NCBI GenBank assembly: GCA_934454405.1
Contig: CAKSFN010000007.1
Span: 64,321-128,320, forward strand
Direction: 5' to 3'
DNA from: an uncultured Eubacteriales bacterium
GTDB taxonomy: Bacteria; Bacillota; Clostridia; Oscillospirales; UBA644
Length of the DNA stretch: 64,000 bases
The translations under genes and the position numbers were made by a program. The notes beneath the pieces were generated by a model. It was not told the DNA's origin. It did not search any database and saw only the letters and a list, made by a program, of their open reading frames with translations. Below, piece after piece: positions 9,119 to 18,114 of this stretch (positions within the stretch are counted from its first letter, which is position 1; the number at the start of each line of letters is the position of its first letter).

Positions 9119-11587
9119 ATGCCTAAGTGTCAATTCGTCGATCCCAACGAAGCGAGAAAACCCGGCAAACTCTCTTTTAAGGACATCGACCTTAACCAGT
9201 ACAACAAAACGATAGCCGAAGAAAAGAAGAATTTCTCGACCGAAGATTTTATGCGTATCTATCACGATATGGCGGTTATCCGCGAGTTCGAGACCATGCT
9301 TTACTCGATAAAGACAAAGTCCGAATACAACGGTATCGAGTATTCCAACCCCGGCCCGGCACACCTTTCCATGGGTCAGGAAGCGTCTGCGGTAGGTCAG
9401 GCTTACCTGCTCGGCGTTGACGACTACATTTTCGGTTCTCACAGAAGCCACGGCGAAATCCTTGCAAAAGGTATGTCCGCCATCAACAAACTTTCCGACA
9501 GCGATCTTTACGACTACATGAAGAACTTCATGGGCGGCAGAATTTTGAAGATCGTTGAAAAGGATCAGAAATCCACCAAAGAACTTGCCATCGACTTCCT
9601 TGTTTACGGCGCTCTTGCGGAAATCTTTGCAAGAGAGACCGGCTTCCACAAGGGTCTCGGCGGTTCGATGCACACTTTCTTCCTCCCGTTCGGCATTTAC
9701 CCGAACAACGCCATCGTAGGCGGCTCCGCAACCATTGCGGCAGGCGCGGCGCTCTTCAAGAAAGTCAATAAGAAGAACGGTATCTGCATCTCCAACATCG
9801 GCGACGGCTCCATGGGACGCGGTCCTGTTTGGGAAGCAATGATGTTCTCCTCCATGGACCAGTTCACCAAACTTTGGGACGAAGCATATCAGGGCGGACT
9901 TCCCGTTATCTTCAACTTCTTCAACAACTTCTACGGCATGGGCGGTCAGACCAGCGGCGAAACGATGCCCTGGGGAGGTCTGCTCGTAAGAGCCGGCGCG
10001 GGTATCAACCCCGACCAGATGCACGCAGAGCGTATCGACGGTTACAATCCTCTTGCCGTTATCGACGCAATGAGAAGAAAGATCGCTCTTATCAAAGAGA
10101 ACAAGGGGCCCGTACTTCTCGACACCGTTACTTACAGATACACCGGTCACTCTCCCTCCGACTCCGGTTCTTACAGAACTCCGGAAGAAGTCAAGGCTTG
10201 GGAAGAGCAGGATGTTCTTAAATGTTACAGCGACAAACTCGTTAAAGCGAAAGTCGCAAAGAAAGACGCGTTCTCCGCTATCGACGGCGAAGTTAAAGAC
10301 CTTATCACCAAGATCACAAAGATGGCGGTTGATGAAAAGATCTCTCCGAGAATGGATCTCTTCACTGTTCCCGATCAGATCGAAAAGATCATGCTTTCCA
10401 ACGAGCACGTTGAAAAGTTCGATGACAGAGAACCCGAAGTTCGTATGGCTCTTGCCGATAACCCGCGTGTTCAGGCTATCGCAAGAAAAGAGCGTTTTGC
10501 ATTTGACAAAGACGGCAAACCCGTTTCCAAAAACAAGGTATTCCAGGTTCGTGACGCTCTGTTTGAAGCAATCATAGACAGATTCTACAAAGACCCGACG
10601 CTCATCACTTACGGTGAAGACGTTCGTGACTGGGGCGGCGCTTACGCCGTATACAGAGGCCTTACCGAGGCTCTTCCGTATAACAGACTGTTCAACTCCC
10701 CGATTTCCGAGTCCGCTATCGTTGGTACCGCCGTTGGTTATGCAATGGCAGGCGGCCGTGCGGTTATCGAGCTTATGTACTGCGACTTCGTAGGTTGCGC
10801 AGGCGACGAAATCTTTAACCAGCTCGCTAAATGGCAGTCCATGTCCGCAGGTCTTCTCAGAATGCCCGTTGTTCTCCGTGTTTCCGTCGGCTCCAAGTAC
10901 GGCGCGCAGCACTCTCAGGACTGGACGGCGCTTATCGCGCATATTCCCGGCTTGAAGGCTGTATTCCCCGTAACTCCCTACGATGCAAGAGGCCTTATGG
11001 CTTCCGCGCTTGCGGGAACCGACCCCGTTGTATTCTTCGAGAGCCAGAGAGTTTACGACTTCGGCGAAAGATTCCACGAAGGCGGAGTTCCGACCGAATA
11101 CTACGAAATTCCTCTCGGCGAGCCCGATATCAAGAGAAAGGGTACGGATATCACAATCCTTACCGTCGGCGCAACGCTCTACAAAGCGCTTGAAGCGGCA
11201 AACACACTTCAGGAGAAATACAACATCTCCGCAGAAGTTATCGACGCACGTTCCATCGTTCCGTTCAACTATGACCTCGTTATCGAGTCCGTTAAGAAGA
11301 CCGGCAGAATCCTGCTTGCTTCCGACGCCGTTGAAAGAAACTCCGTTCTCAAAGATATGGCTTGCAACATTCAGTCGCTTGCTTTCGATTACCTTGACGC
11401 TCCCGTTACAGTTGTCGGCTCCAGAAACTGGATCACGCCCGCTCACGAGCTTGAAACGCACTTCTTCCCGCAGGCTGATTGGATCATCGACGCTATCCAT
11501 GAGCGCATTCTTCCGCTTCCCGGCTATACCGCGACCCACAACTTCACGGATAACGAGATGCTCAGAAGATCCAAACTCGGTGTCTGA
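9119..11587 (+). CDS. fused E1 alpha-beta component of a TPP-dependent 2-oxoacid/acetoin dehydrogenase
   Basis: 822 aa in one uninterrupted frame. The N-terminal half has the TPP-binding motif (IGDGSMGRG). The C-terminal half is E1-beta/transketolase-like (ISESAIVGTAVGYAMAG). Confidence 0.9.
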   Translation: MPKCQFVDPNEARKPGKLSFKDIDLNQYNKTIAEEKKNFSTEDFMRIYHDMAVIREFETMLYSIKTKSEYNGIEYSNPGPAHLSMGQEASAVGQAYLLGVDDYIFGSHRSHGEILAKGMSAINKLSDSDLYDYMKNFMGGRILKIVEKDQKSTKELAIDFLVYGALAEIFARETGFHKGLGGSMHTFFLPFGIYPNNAIVGGSATIAAGAALFKKVNKKNGICISNIGDGSMGRGPVWEAMMFSSMDQFTKLWDEAYQGGLPVIFNFFNNFYGMGGQTSGETMPWGGLLVRAGAGINPDQMHAERIDGYNPLAVIDAMRRKIALIKENKGPVLLDTVTYRYTGHSPSDSGSYRTPEEVKAWEEQDVLKCYSDKLVKAKVAKKDAFSAIDGEVKDLITKITKMAVDEKISPRMDLFTVPDQIEKIMLSNEHVEKFDDREPEVRMALADNPRVQAIARKERFAFDKDGKPVSKNKVFQVRDALFEAIIDRFYKDPTLITYGEDVRDWGGAYAVYRGLTEALPYNRLFNSPISESAIVGTAVGYAMAGGRAVIELMYCDFVGCAGDEIFNQLAKWQSMSAGLLRMPVVLRVSVGSKYGAQHSQDWTALIAHIPGLKAVFPVTPYDARGLMASALAGTDPVVFFESQRVYDFGERFHEGGVPTEYYEIPLGEPDIKRKGTDITILTVGATLYKALEAANTLQEKYNISAEVIDARSIVPFNYDLVIESVKKTGRILLASDAVERNSVLKDMACNIQSLAFDYLDAPVTVVGSRNWITPAHELETHFFPQADWIIDAIHERILPLPGYTATHNFTDNEMLRRSKLGV

Positions 11588-11648
11588 TTCTGACAAAGAG
11601 TTGTATATCCGAAAAACCGCATAGGCTGACGGATCTCTATAAGTAAAC

Positions 11649-11688
11649 AATGCCCCGACAGAGCGTTTTGCTTTTGTCGGGGCATTTT
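11649..11688 (+). terminator. rho-independent terminator of the dehydrogenase operon
   Basis: AATGCCCCGACA pairs with TGTCGGGGCATT in a 12-bp stem, followed by TTTT. Confidence 0.8.
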
Positions 11689-11815
11689 GCGAAGCCTTTG
11701 TATTTTCAGCCTGCGGCTTCTGTAATGAATAATCGAATATCTTGACAAAATCAGAATTTTTTGCTATATTATACTTATGTAACATAGTATTTATGTTTTG
11801 GAAAAAGAGGATAAA

Positions 11816-12448
11816 ATGAAAAAAATCAAATGCGACTTTTGCGGAGCGGAAATTGCGGCGGAACAGGGGAACCCCGCGTTCTGCAAAAAGTGTAACTGCG
11901 ATTACAGCGCCGAAGAAGTTGACAAGAAACTCAAAGAAACATCGGAAGACGAATTTATCAATCCTTCATACGTTGATAAGGAAACACAACGGCGCATCAT
12001 GATAAACAATTTGGAAAAACGGAAAAATGCGCTGGAAAGAAACAGAAGAAAACGTTTTGTTGTGATGGGAACAGTCGTAAACTCCTTGTACGTTGTCGGG
12101 TTGATTGTCGTACTGATTATGTTGCTTGGTTTCCATTTTTTATTTTTGATTTTTGGTATCTTGGGCATCGGTTGGGCGTATGGAGGCGCTTTGAAAGAAT
12201 ATAGTAACATGGTTAGGACTATGGAGGAACGCCCCAATTACTCTGCACGTCGTGATTCGGGAAAGTATTTCAGACCATCAAAAAATCTCGAATTCTACAA
12301 TAAACAAATGTTATTGGCAGAGGATTATTCAAATTTTGAAAAAGAAAAATACTATATCCGTTGCTTATATTGCGAAACTAAACTTCCTATCACAAGTGAG
12401 ACCCGCGCGGTCGTATGTCCGCATTGCAAAAAGTTAACGATTTTATAG
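11816..12448 (+). CDS. membrane protein with N- and C-terminal zinc-ribbon-like CxxC pairs
   Basis: 210 aa from ATG 11816, with an AAAGAGG RBS. The longer TTG frame from 11798 is less likely. It has CDFC..CKKC at the N-terminus, two hydrophobic helices, and CLYC..CPHC at the C-terminus. The promoter is TTGACA 11742 - 17 nt - TATATT 11765. Confidence 0.7.
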   Translation: MKKIKCDFCGAEIAAEQGNPAFCKKCNCDYSAEEVDKKLKETSEDEFINPSYVDKETQRRIMINNLEKRKNALERNRRKRFVVMGTVVNSLYVVGLIVVLIMLLGFHFLFLIFGILGIGWAYGGALKEYSNMVRTMEERPNYSARRDSGKYFRPSKNLEFYNKQMLLAEDYSNFEKEKYYIRCLYCETKLPITSETRAVVCPHCKKLTIL

Positions 12449-12463
12449 TTAAAAAGTAAAATA

Positions 12464-12487
12464 CGCGCCCGAGGTATCTCGGGCGCG
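12464..12487. terminator. bidirectional hairpin between convergent genes
   Basis: CGCGCCCGAG, loop GTAT, CTCGGGCGCG: a perfect 10-bp GC-rich stem. Confidence 0.7.
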
Positions 12488-12493
12488 ATTGTG

Positions 12494-13375
12494 TTATATG
12501 TTTTCCAAAATCATTTTTTTCAGTTCCTTGGCGGCGACGCTGAGGGGCTGTTCTTTTCGCTGAATCAGGCAAATCGAGCGGGTCGGAATTTGTTCTTTCA
12601 GGTCGATTATGCAGACGTTGTCCGTGGGGTGAATGAATTCTTCGGGAACGAAGCCTATGCCGAGGTCTGCTTCGACCATGGGCAATATTTGGTCTGCGGT
12701 GTAGGCTTCTATGTCGGGCAGATAGGTGACGCCGTTATCGGCAAAAAACTCGGAGTAAAATTCAAATGATTTGGTGTCTTTTCCGAGCGAGATTATAGGA
12801 TAATTCGGCAGGGAAGAGAGCGAAACTTTTTTGTTTATAAGTGATTTGAAGTATTGGGAACAAATAGCGACTTCGCGTATGGTGCGAACGCCGATTTCAG
12901 TCAATGACGGTGCTTCGACGGTCGGCGTGGTGACAATTGCGATGTCCGCAATGCCGTCTTTGAGCGCGGTTATTGCCTGCGGCGTTGAGTGATTGCTGAT
13001 ACGGATTCTGACGCCTGGATATTTAAGACGGAACTTTTTAAGAACAGGAAGCAGCAGACAACGGAGCGCCACTTCGCTTGCTGCGACAAATACGGTTCCG
13101 TTTTGCAGATTTTTGCTTTCCGTAACTTCGGCTTCGCCCGCCTCGATGTGGTCAAATGCAATTTTGATGTGTTCAAAAAGTTTTTCGCCTTCGGGCGTCA
13201 GTTTCATACCTCTGTTTGTGCGGGAGAAAAGGGGACAGCCGAGTGCGCTTTCGAGGTTTTTGATGGTTCGCGTCAGGTTTGGCTGATTGTTCATCAGTTG
13301 CTTTGAGGCTTGCGAAAGGCTGCCGTACTTCGCGACAAAGTAAAAAACACGGTAATAATCATAGTTTATATACAT
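12494..13375 (-). CDS. LysR-family transcriptional regulator
   Basis: N-terminal HTH (FVAKYGSLSQASKQLMNNQPNLTRTIKNLE) plus a substrate-binding domain. I prefer ATG at 13375; the ORF track extends to a TTG at 13402. Confidence 0.88.
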   Translation of the reverse strand: MYINYDYYRVFYFVAKYGSLSQASKQLMNNQPNLTRTIKNLESALGCPLFSRTNRGMKLTPEGEKLFEHIKIAFDHIEAGEAEVTESKNLQNGTVFVAASEVALRCLLLPVLKKFRLKYPGVRIRISNHSTPQAITALKDGIADIAIVTTPTVEAPSLTEIGVRTIREVAICSQYFKSLINKKVSLSSLPNYPIISLGKDTKSFEFYSEFFADNGVTYLPDIEAYTADQILPMVEADLGIGFVPEEFIHPTDNVCIIDLKEQIPTRSICLIQRKEQPLSVAAKELKKMILENI

Positions 13376-13468
13376 ACAAAACGCCTCTTTTGGGTATATC
13401 AAAAATGAATTTCAGATATATAAATTAAAGATTTTACATATATCGACTTTTGTATTATAATATATCAG

Positions 13469-13786
13469 GTGAAAAAAGTCAAGCGACTTTTTCGAAAACT
13501 TATATTTGAAAGCAAGGTCTTTTTAATGGCAACGGTATTCAATATTATAATGGCGGTCATGGTGGACATTGCAACGGCTGTTCTTGTTCTGAAACTTGCA
13601 ACGGACGCAATCGCAAGAAACGGTTGGACGCGATTTGCATCCGCTACCATGGCGCTCGGTTTTGTTTGCGCCTGTGTCGGAGAATTTTTGGCTGGAATAA
13701 ATGTTGCGCTGCTGATCTTGTCATTTCTCGGCTTTATGCTTTCTTATACTGCGTTTGTATTTTCTTTTCCGAGGCGAAGTGCATGA
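13469..13786 (+). CDS. small hydrophobic membrane protein
   Basis: 105 aa with a GTG start and three predicted helices. The stop overlaps the next start (ATGA at 13783). It lies divergent from the LysR gene. Confidence 0.55.
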   Translation: MKKVKRLFRKLIFESKVFLMATVFNIIMAVMVDIATAVLVLKLATDAIARNGWTRFASATMALGFVCACVGEFLAGINVALLILSFLGFMLSYTAFVFSFPRRSA

Positions 13787-14469
13787 GACAAAAGACCGTA
13801 ACGGGGCAGATGTCCGATTCGTTTCGGGCGGCGGTTTTTATAGTTCTTTCCGGCGGTTTTCAGGACGCATACACATACTGTTGCCGAGATGAAGTTTTTG
13901 CGAACGCGCAGACGGGCAATGTGGTGTTGTTGAGTTCGTCGCTGTTTCTCGGAGAGTGGAGCGAGGTTTGGAAATACTTTGTTCCCGTTGTTTCTTTCCT
14001 TATCGGAACGGCGGTTGCGGAGTTGATTCACGGGCGGCTTAAAAACTGTGAAAAAATTCATTGGCGGCAGATAATTCTTCTTTGCGAGATAATCTTGCTT
14101 TTCATAGTTGGGTTTCTCGACCACAGGCTTGACGCGGTTGCAAATGCTCTTGTTTCGTTTGTCTGTGCGTTGCAGGTTCAGACATTTCATAAGGTGCGCG
14201 GACACGCTTACGCAAGTACGATGTGCATAGGTAATCTGCGGAGCGGAACGGAAGCTCTGTGTGCTTATTTCCGTTCAAGTGATAAAAAAATTCTTGAAAA
14301 GGCGTTTACATACTTCGGAGTCATCTTGATTTTTGCCGTGGGCGCAGGAATAGGAACGTTTTTGACAAGAGAAATAGGTGTGCGTTCCGTGTGGATATGC
14401 TGCGCGTCTCTTTTTATCAGTTTTTTGATGATGTTTGTCAAGGAAGAAAAGACGGAAAGAGCGAATTAA
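13783..14469 (+). CDS. YoaK/DUF1275-family membrane protein
   Basis: 228 aa from ATG 13783. It is multi-TM with the N-terminal GGFQDAYTY motif typical of DUF1275. The 13624 extension overlaps the upstream ORF and looks non-coding. Confidence 0.75.
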   Translation: MRQKTVTGQMSDSFRAAVFIVLSGGFQDAYTYCCRDEVFANAQTGNVVLLSSSLFLGEWSEVWKYFVPVVSFLIGTAVAELIHGRLKNCEKIHWRQIILLCEIILLFIVGFLDHRLDAVANALVSFVCALQVQTFHKVRGHAYASTMCIGNLRSGTEALCAYFRSSDKKILEKAFTYFGVILIFAVGAGIGTFLTREIGVRSVWICCASLFISFLMMFVKEEKTERAN

Positions 14470-14666
14470 AGCTTTTGCGAACAGTAATTATTTGTGTATT
14501 AACGGTCTGTTTTATCGGCTGATGTCAGATTTGAAATAAATCTGTTATTTTTGGGCAAAAGACTTGTTTTTTTACGATTTCTCTGATATAATATGCTAAA
14601 CAGCGTGCGGAATGAGATAGTTCCGAATGAAGAGCGCGCAAAACGCTTTCCGAGGAGGAAGAAAAA

Positions 14667-15878
14667 ATGAAAAAGCAGATAGATATCGGCTCGATGTACG
14701 GAATCCGTGAGGAGTATTTGGCAAAGGGACTTATCAACGAGATTCCCGAGGTTGATTATAAAAACTATATTGCTCACGGACAGAATTTGATGTTTTTGAC
14801 CGTTGTTTGGGGCGATCCCACTTGGGAAAAGATATTCAAAGACGCATTGGCAACGTGCGAAAAGTACAATATCAGAGTTATTATTCACGACAATGTGATG
14901 AATGACAAGGGCGAAAAACTGACGGAAGAGGACGTGAAAAAATACACCTCTTATTATAAAGACAGCCCCGTGTGGGTAGGCAATGGGTTTGACGATGAGC
15001 CGTCCCCGAATGACTATCCGAGAATCCAACACGTTCTTGAAACGTATCTGAAAGTTTATCCGGGCAAAGATACTTATGTAAACCTGCTTCCGATGTATGC
15101 GGCGGCATTTGTTTTCGGCGAACTTGATTTTGAGAAATATCTCGAAGATTTCGCAAAGACGGTTACCGCCGCCGATTACATCTGCACGGACGTTTATCCG
15201 CTTTTGCAGGATAACGGCAAGAAGTTTACATACGACGAATATTTGAGAAGCCTTGACATTCAGGCGCAACTTTGCCGTAAGTACAACAAGGATTTCAGAA
15301 TTTACATTCAGTCGATGGAATTCGGGCCGAACAGATGCCCCGATACGGCGGATTTCCGTTTCCAGAGCTGGGTCGCTCTTTCGTTCGGATGCAATACGAT
15401 ACTGCATTTCTGTTATGACATAACCGGCGGCGCATATACGCAGGAACCCGATAAGAAGAGACAAAAACTTCCGAACTGGTCTGCGGGCAGAACCGTGAAT
15501 ATGGAGATTGCGGCGGTTTCGGACGTTTATATGCAGTATAAAAATATCGGCGCGTTTACATATAAGACCCGCCGTTCGCCCGACTATGCCGATTTTGATA
15601 ATGAGTATGAGGATTTTTCGACAATCGTTGATATAAAATCCAATCAGACCGTGCTTATCGGCTGCTTCGACAAGAATGAGGGCGAAGGTCACGCGTTCAC
15701 GCTTGTCAATATGGCGGAACTCGGCGACGGCAAAATTGCGGATGTTGAGTTTGAACTTGACGGCGCGAATAAGGTTACCGCTTATATCAAGGGGCTTCCC
15801 GTTGAGTTGAAGCCTGTTGACGGAAAATACTTCACGGCGCTTGATTGCGGCGAAGGTATTTTTGTGACCGTTGAATAA
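14667..15878 (+). CDS. hypothetical cytoplasmic protein, possible glycoside-hydrolase-like TIM barrel
   Basis: 403 aa with a GAGGAGG RBS and ordinary amino-acid composition. The antisense 397-aa frame is low complexity. The function is not recognised. Confidence 0.75.
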   Translation: MKKQIDIGSMYGIREEYLAKGLINEIPEVDYKNYIAHGQNLMFLTVVWGDPTWEKIFKDALATCEKYNIRVIIHDNVMNDKGEKLTEEDVKKYTSYYKDSPVWVGNGFDDEPSPNDYPRIQHVLETYLKVYPGKDTYVNLLPMYAAAFVFGELDFEKYLEDFAKTVTAADYICTDVYPLLQDNGKKFTYDEYLRSLDIQAQLCRKYNKDFRIYIQSMEFGPNRCPDTADFRFQSWVALSFGCNTILHFCYDITGGAYTQEPDKKRQKLPNWSAGRTVNMEIAAVSDVYMQYKNIGAFTYKTRRSPDYADFDNEYEDFSTIVDIKSNQTVLIGCFDKNEGEGHAFTLVNMAELGDGKIADVEFELDGANKVTAYIKGLPVELKPVDGKYFTALDCGEGIFVTVE

Positions 15879-15887
15879 AAATAATTG

Positions 15888-15917
15888 TTTCAGATTGCGG
15901 TTTGCCGCAATCTGAAA
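15888..15917 (+). terminator. stem-loop downstream of the 403-aa gene
   Basis: TTTCAGATTGCGG, loop TTTG, CCGCAATCTGAAA: a perfect 13-bp stem. No clear T-run follows on the plus strand. Confidence 0.5.
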
Positions 15918-15935
15918 TGCCGTAAGAGGTTAATA

Positions 15936-16700
15936 ATGCTTTTTGATTCTCATGCACATCTGAACGACGCGAGATTTGACATTGACCGCAGATACGTTTT
16001 GGGCGCGCTCGAAAAAAACGGCGTGGGCGCGGTTATCTGCGCCGGTTACGATACGGAGAGTTCGGAGTTTGCTTTGAAGATAGCAAACGAATATAAAAAC
16101 GTATATGCCGTTTGCGGGCTTCACCCCGATGCTGCCGACAGCTTTTGCGAGGCGGATATTGTCAGGCTTTGCGTTATGCTCGAAAACGAAAAATGCGTTG
16201 GGCTCGGGGAGATCGGGCTTGATTATTATTACGAAACGCCGTCCCGCGAGAAGCAGCTGATTCTTTTTGAAAAGCAGCTGAGAATTGCAAAAGAATTGAA
16301 CCGAAAAGTGATAATTCATAACAGAGATGCGCATGATGACTGTTTGAGGCTTGTAAAAAAGTTCGGGGTTACGGGAGTTTTTCACTGTTTCAGCGGCTCG
16401 GCGGAAATGGCAAAAGAGGTTGTAAAGCTCGGCTTTTATGTTTCGTTCTCGGGTGTGTTGACTTTCAAAAATGCGCGTAAGGCGGTTGAGGCGGCACAGG
16501 TCGTTCCTCTTGACAGGATTTTGGTAGAAACGGACTGTCCGTATTTGGCGCCCGTGCCGTTCAGAGGCAGACGAAACGAGCCTCGTTTTGTGGTTAAAGT
16601 TGCCGAGAAAATTGCAGAGATTAAAGGCATATCGGAAACTGAGGCGGAAAAAATAACGTTTGAAAACGCTTGCAGATTATACGGTTTAGAGGGGATATAA
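15936..16700 (+). CDS. tatD: TatD-family metal-dependent hydrolase
   Basis: 254 aa from ATG 15936. It has the FDSHAHL metal motif at the N-terminus and typical TatD length. Confidence 0.88.
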   Translation: MLFDSHAHLNDARFDIDRRYVLGALEKNGVGAVICAGYDTESSEFALKIANEYKNVYAVCGLHPDAADSFCEADIVRLCVMLENEKCVGLGEIGLDYYYETPSREKQLILFEKQLRIAKELNRKVIIHNRDAHDDCLRLVKKFGVTGVFHCFSGSAEMAKEVVKLGFYVSFSGVLTFKNARKAVEAAQVVPLDRILVETDCPYLAPVPFRGRRNEPRFVVKVAEKIAEIKGISETEAEKITFENACRLYGLEGI

Positions 16701-16701
16701 A

Positions 16702-17028
16702 ATGCCTGATATTCTTAATAAAATAGTTGAGTGCGACAATCTTGCAAAAGAGATTGAGGTTGCGGCAAAGCAACAGCAGCAGCACGACCTTGATGAAATG
16801 CAAAGCGGGATACGCGAGATGAGAAAAACGGAGCTTGCGAAAGCATACGGGGAGATTGCGACATCTACCGATATCACAAAAAAGGCTTTCAAGGTCGCAT
16901 CCTCCGACATTGACGGAAGGTTCGAAAAAAAAGCCGAAACTCTTGATAAAACGTATCGTGAGAACAAGGACAGATGGCTGAACGAGATGTTTGACCGGGT
17001 TGTCGGGCTTGCGGAAGACGGAAATTGA
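16702..17028 (+). CDS. V/A-type ATPase peripheral-stalk subunit (G/H-like)
   Basis: 108-aa charged coiled-coil protein that opens the ATPase operon. The call rests on position and size. Confidence 0.6.
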   Translation: MPDILNKIVECDNLAKEIEVAAKQQQQHDLDEMQSGIREMRKTELAKAYGEIATSTDITKKAFKVASSDIDGRFEKKAETLDKTYRENKDRWLNEMFDRVVGLAEDGN

Positions 17029-17029
17029 T

Positions 17030-18097
17030 ATGTCGATTGGAACGCTGATTAAATACGGAGCGGTTACTGCAAAAGCGCGCGCGATGTTCGGCAACAGGCT
17101 GAAAGAGGAAGATTACAGAGCGCTTTCCGCCGCAAAAACGCTTGCAGAGGTCAATTCGTACATCAAATACAAAACCGTTTACGGTTCGCTTCTCGAAAAC
17201 GAGGACGAAAAGGAACTGCACCGCGAAAGACTTGAAAAATTGCTTCGAACGCAACTTGACGAAGATTATAAAAGACTTTCAAGTTTTATTTCCGGAGAAA
17301 AGAAAAAGTCTCTCGACACATACAGAATGCAGAGAGAGGTCAATTTTATTCTGACGGTTTTGAGAGGACTTCGTAACGGAACTGCGGAGCGTCGAACCGA
17401 ATTTATCGGCACTGTTCTTTCGGACGGCGGAGAAAAACTCAAAAAAGAGATCGTAGAATTGCTTTCCGCAAATACGACGGACGAGTTTTTTGTATTGCTT
17501 GAAAAGACTTCCTATGCGGGAGCCGTAGATGCGGAGGATATCGAAAAACTTGATTATGCAACGATCGAAACGCTCCTGACAGGCAAGTTTTATTCCTCGA
17601 TGTTTTCGGTTATGGCGAAAGAGCTGTCCGCAACGGATCTGCGCGTTATAAAAAGTCAGTTGGGAACGCAGATGGATATTAAGAATATCTGCAGAATAGT
17701 CAGACTTCGGAAGTCTTTCCCGACAGACAGCATCGAAAAGTATATGCTTCCGTACGGAAAAAGACTGAACGCGGACAAACTGAAACGGTTGTATTCCGCG
17801 CAGGATTTCGGAAAAACGCTTTCCGAGATATGTCCGTATTATACAAGATATGTCGGAACGGACGAAACAAAGATTCCGAACGAATATGAAATATCGTATT
17901 CGCTGAACAGAGTTATTCTTATGTCGGGTCAGCCGTCGGTCGCCGTGCCGATAGCATATCTGACTTTGAAAGATATTGAGATACGAAATCTTATCCATAT
18001 AGCCGAGGGCGTGCGGTACGGGCTTTCACAGGAGCGAATAACGGCAAGCCTGTGCGGTCTTCGGAACAACCGGTCGGAACAGCGACCGAGTGATTAA
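17030..18097 (+). CDS. ntpC: V/A-type ATPase subunit C (V0 d-type)
   Basis: 355-aa helical protein lying between the stalk gene and subunit I. ATG 17030 directly follows the upstream stop. Confidence 0.75.
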   Translation: MSIGTLIKYGAVTAKARAMFGNRLKEEDYRALSAAKTLAEVNSYIKYKTVYGSLLENEDEKELHRERLEKLLRTQLDEDYKRLSSFISGEKKKSLDTYRMQREVNFILTVLRGLRNGTAERRTEFIGTVLSDGGEKLKKEIVELLSANTTDEFFVLLEKTSYAGAVDAEDIEKLDYATIETLLTGKFYSSMFSVMAKELSATDLRVIKSQLGTQMDIKNICRIVRLRKSFPTDSIEKYMLPYGKRLNADKLKRLYSAQDFGKTLSEICPYYTRYVGTDETKIPNEYEISYSLNRVILMSGQPSVAVPIAYLTLKDIEIRNLIHIAEGVRYGLSQERITASLCGLRNNRSEQRPSD

Positions 18098-18114
18098 AAG
18101 GACGGTGTGAATTT

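Noticed and set aside
9110-11785. 891-aa minus-strand ORF spanning the whole E1 gene. Comparable long antisense ORFs occur at 7110-9083, 4957-6327 and 2042-3091.
   Set aside because: They lie exactly antisense to genes with unambiguous catalytic motifs. Their composition is low complexity and rich in Arg, Val, Phe and Gly. They have no RBS and no recognisable domain. Long stop-free antisense frames are expected opposite genes with strong codon bias.
13624-13782. N-terminal extensions offered by the ORF track: 13624 for the DUF1275 gene, 36952 for the kinase, 38574 for the repeat protein, 42453 for the rhodanese, 56367 for the lipoprotein and 16991 for ntpC.
   Set aside because: The extensions overlap upstream genes or promoters and lack an RBS. 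Internal ATGs with good Shine-Dalgarno sequences begin the recognisable signal peptides or domains.
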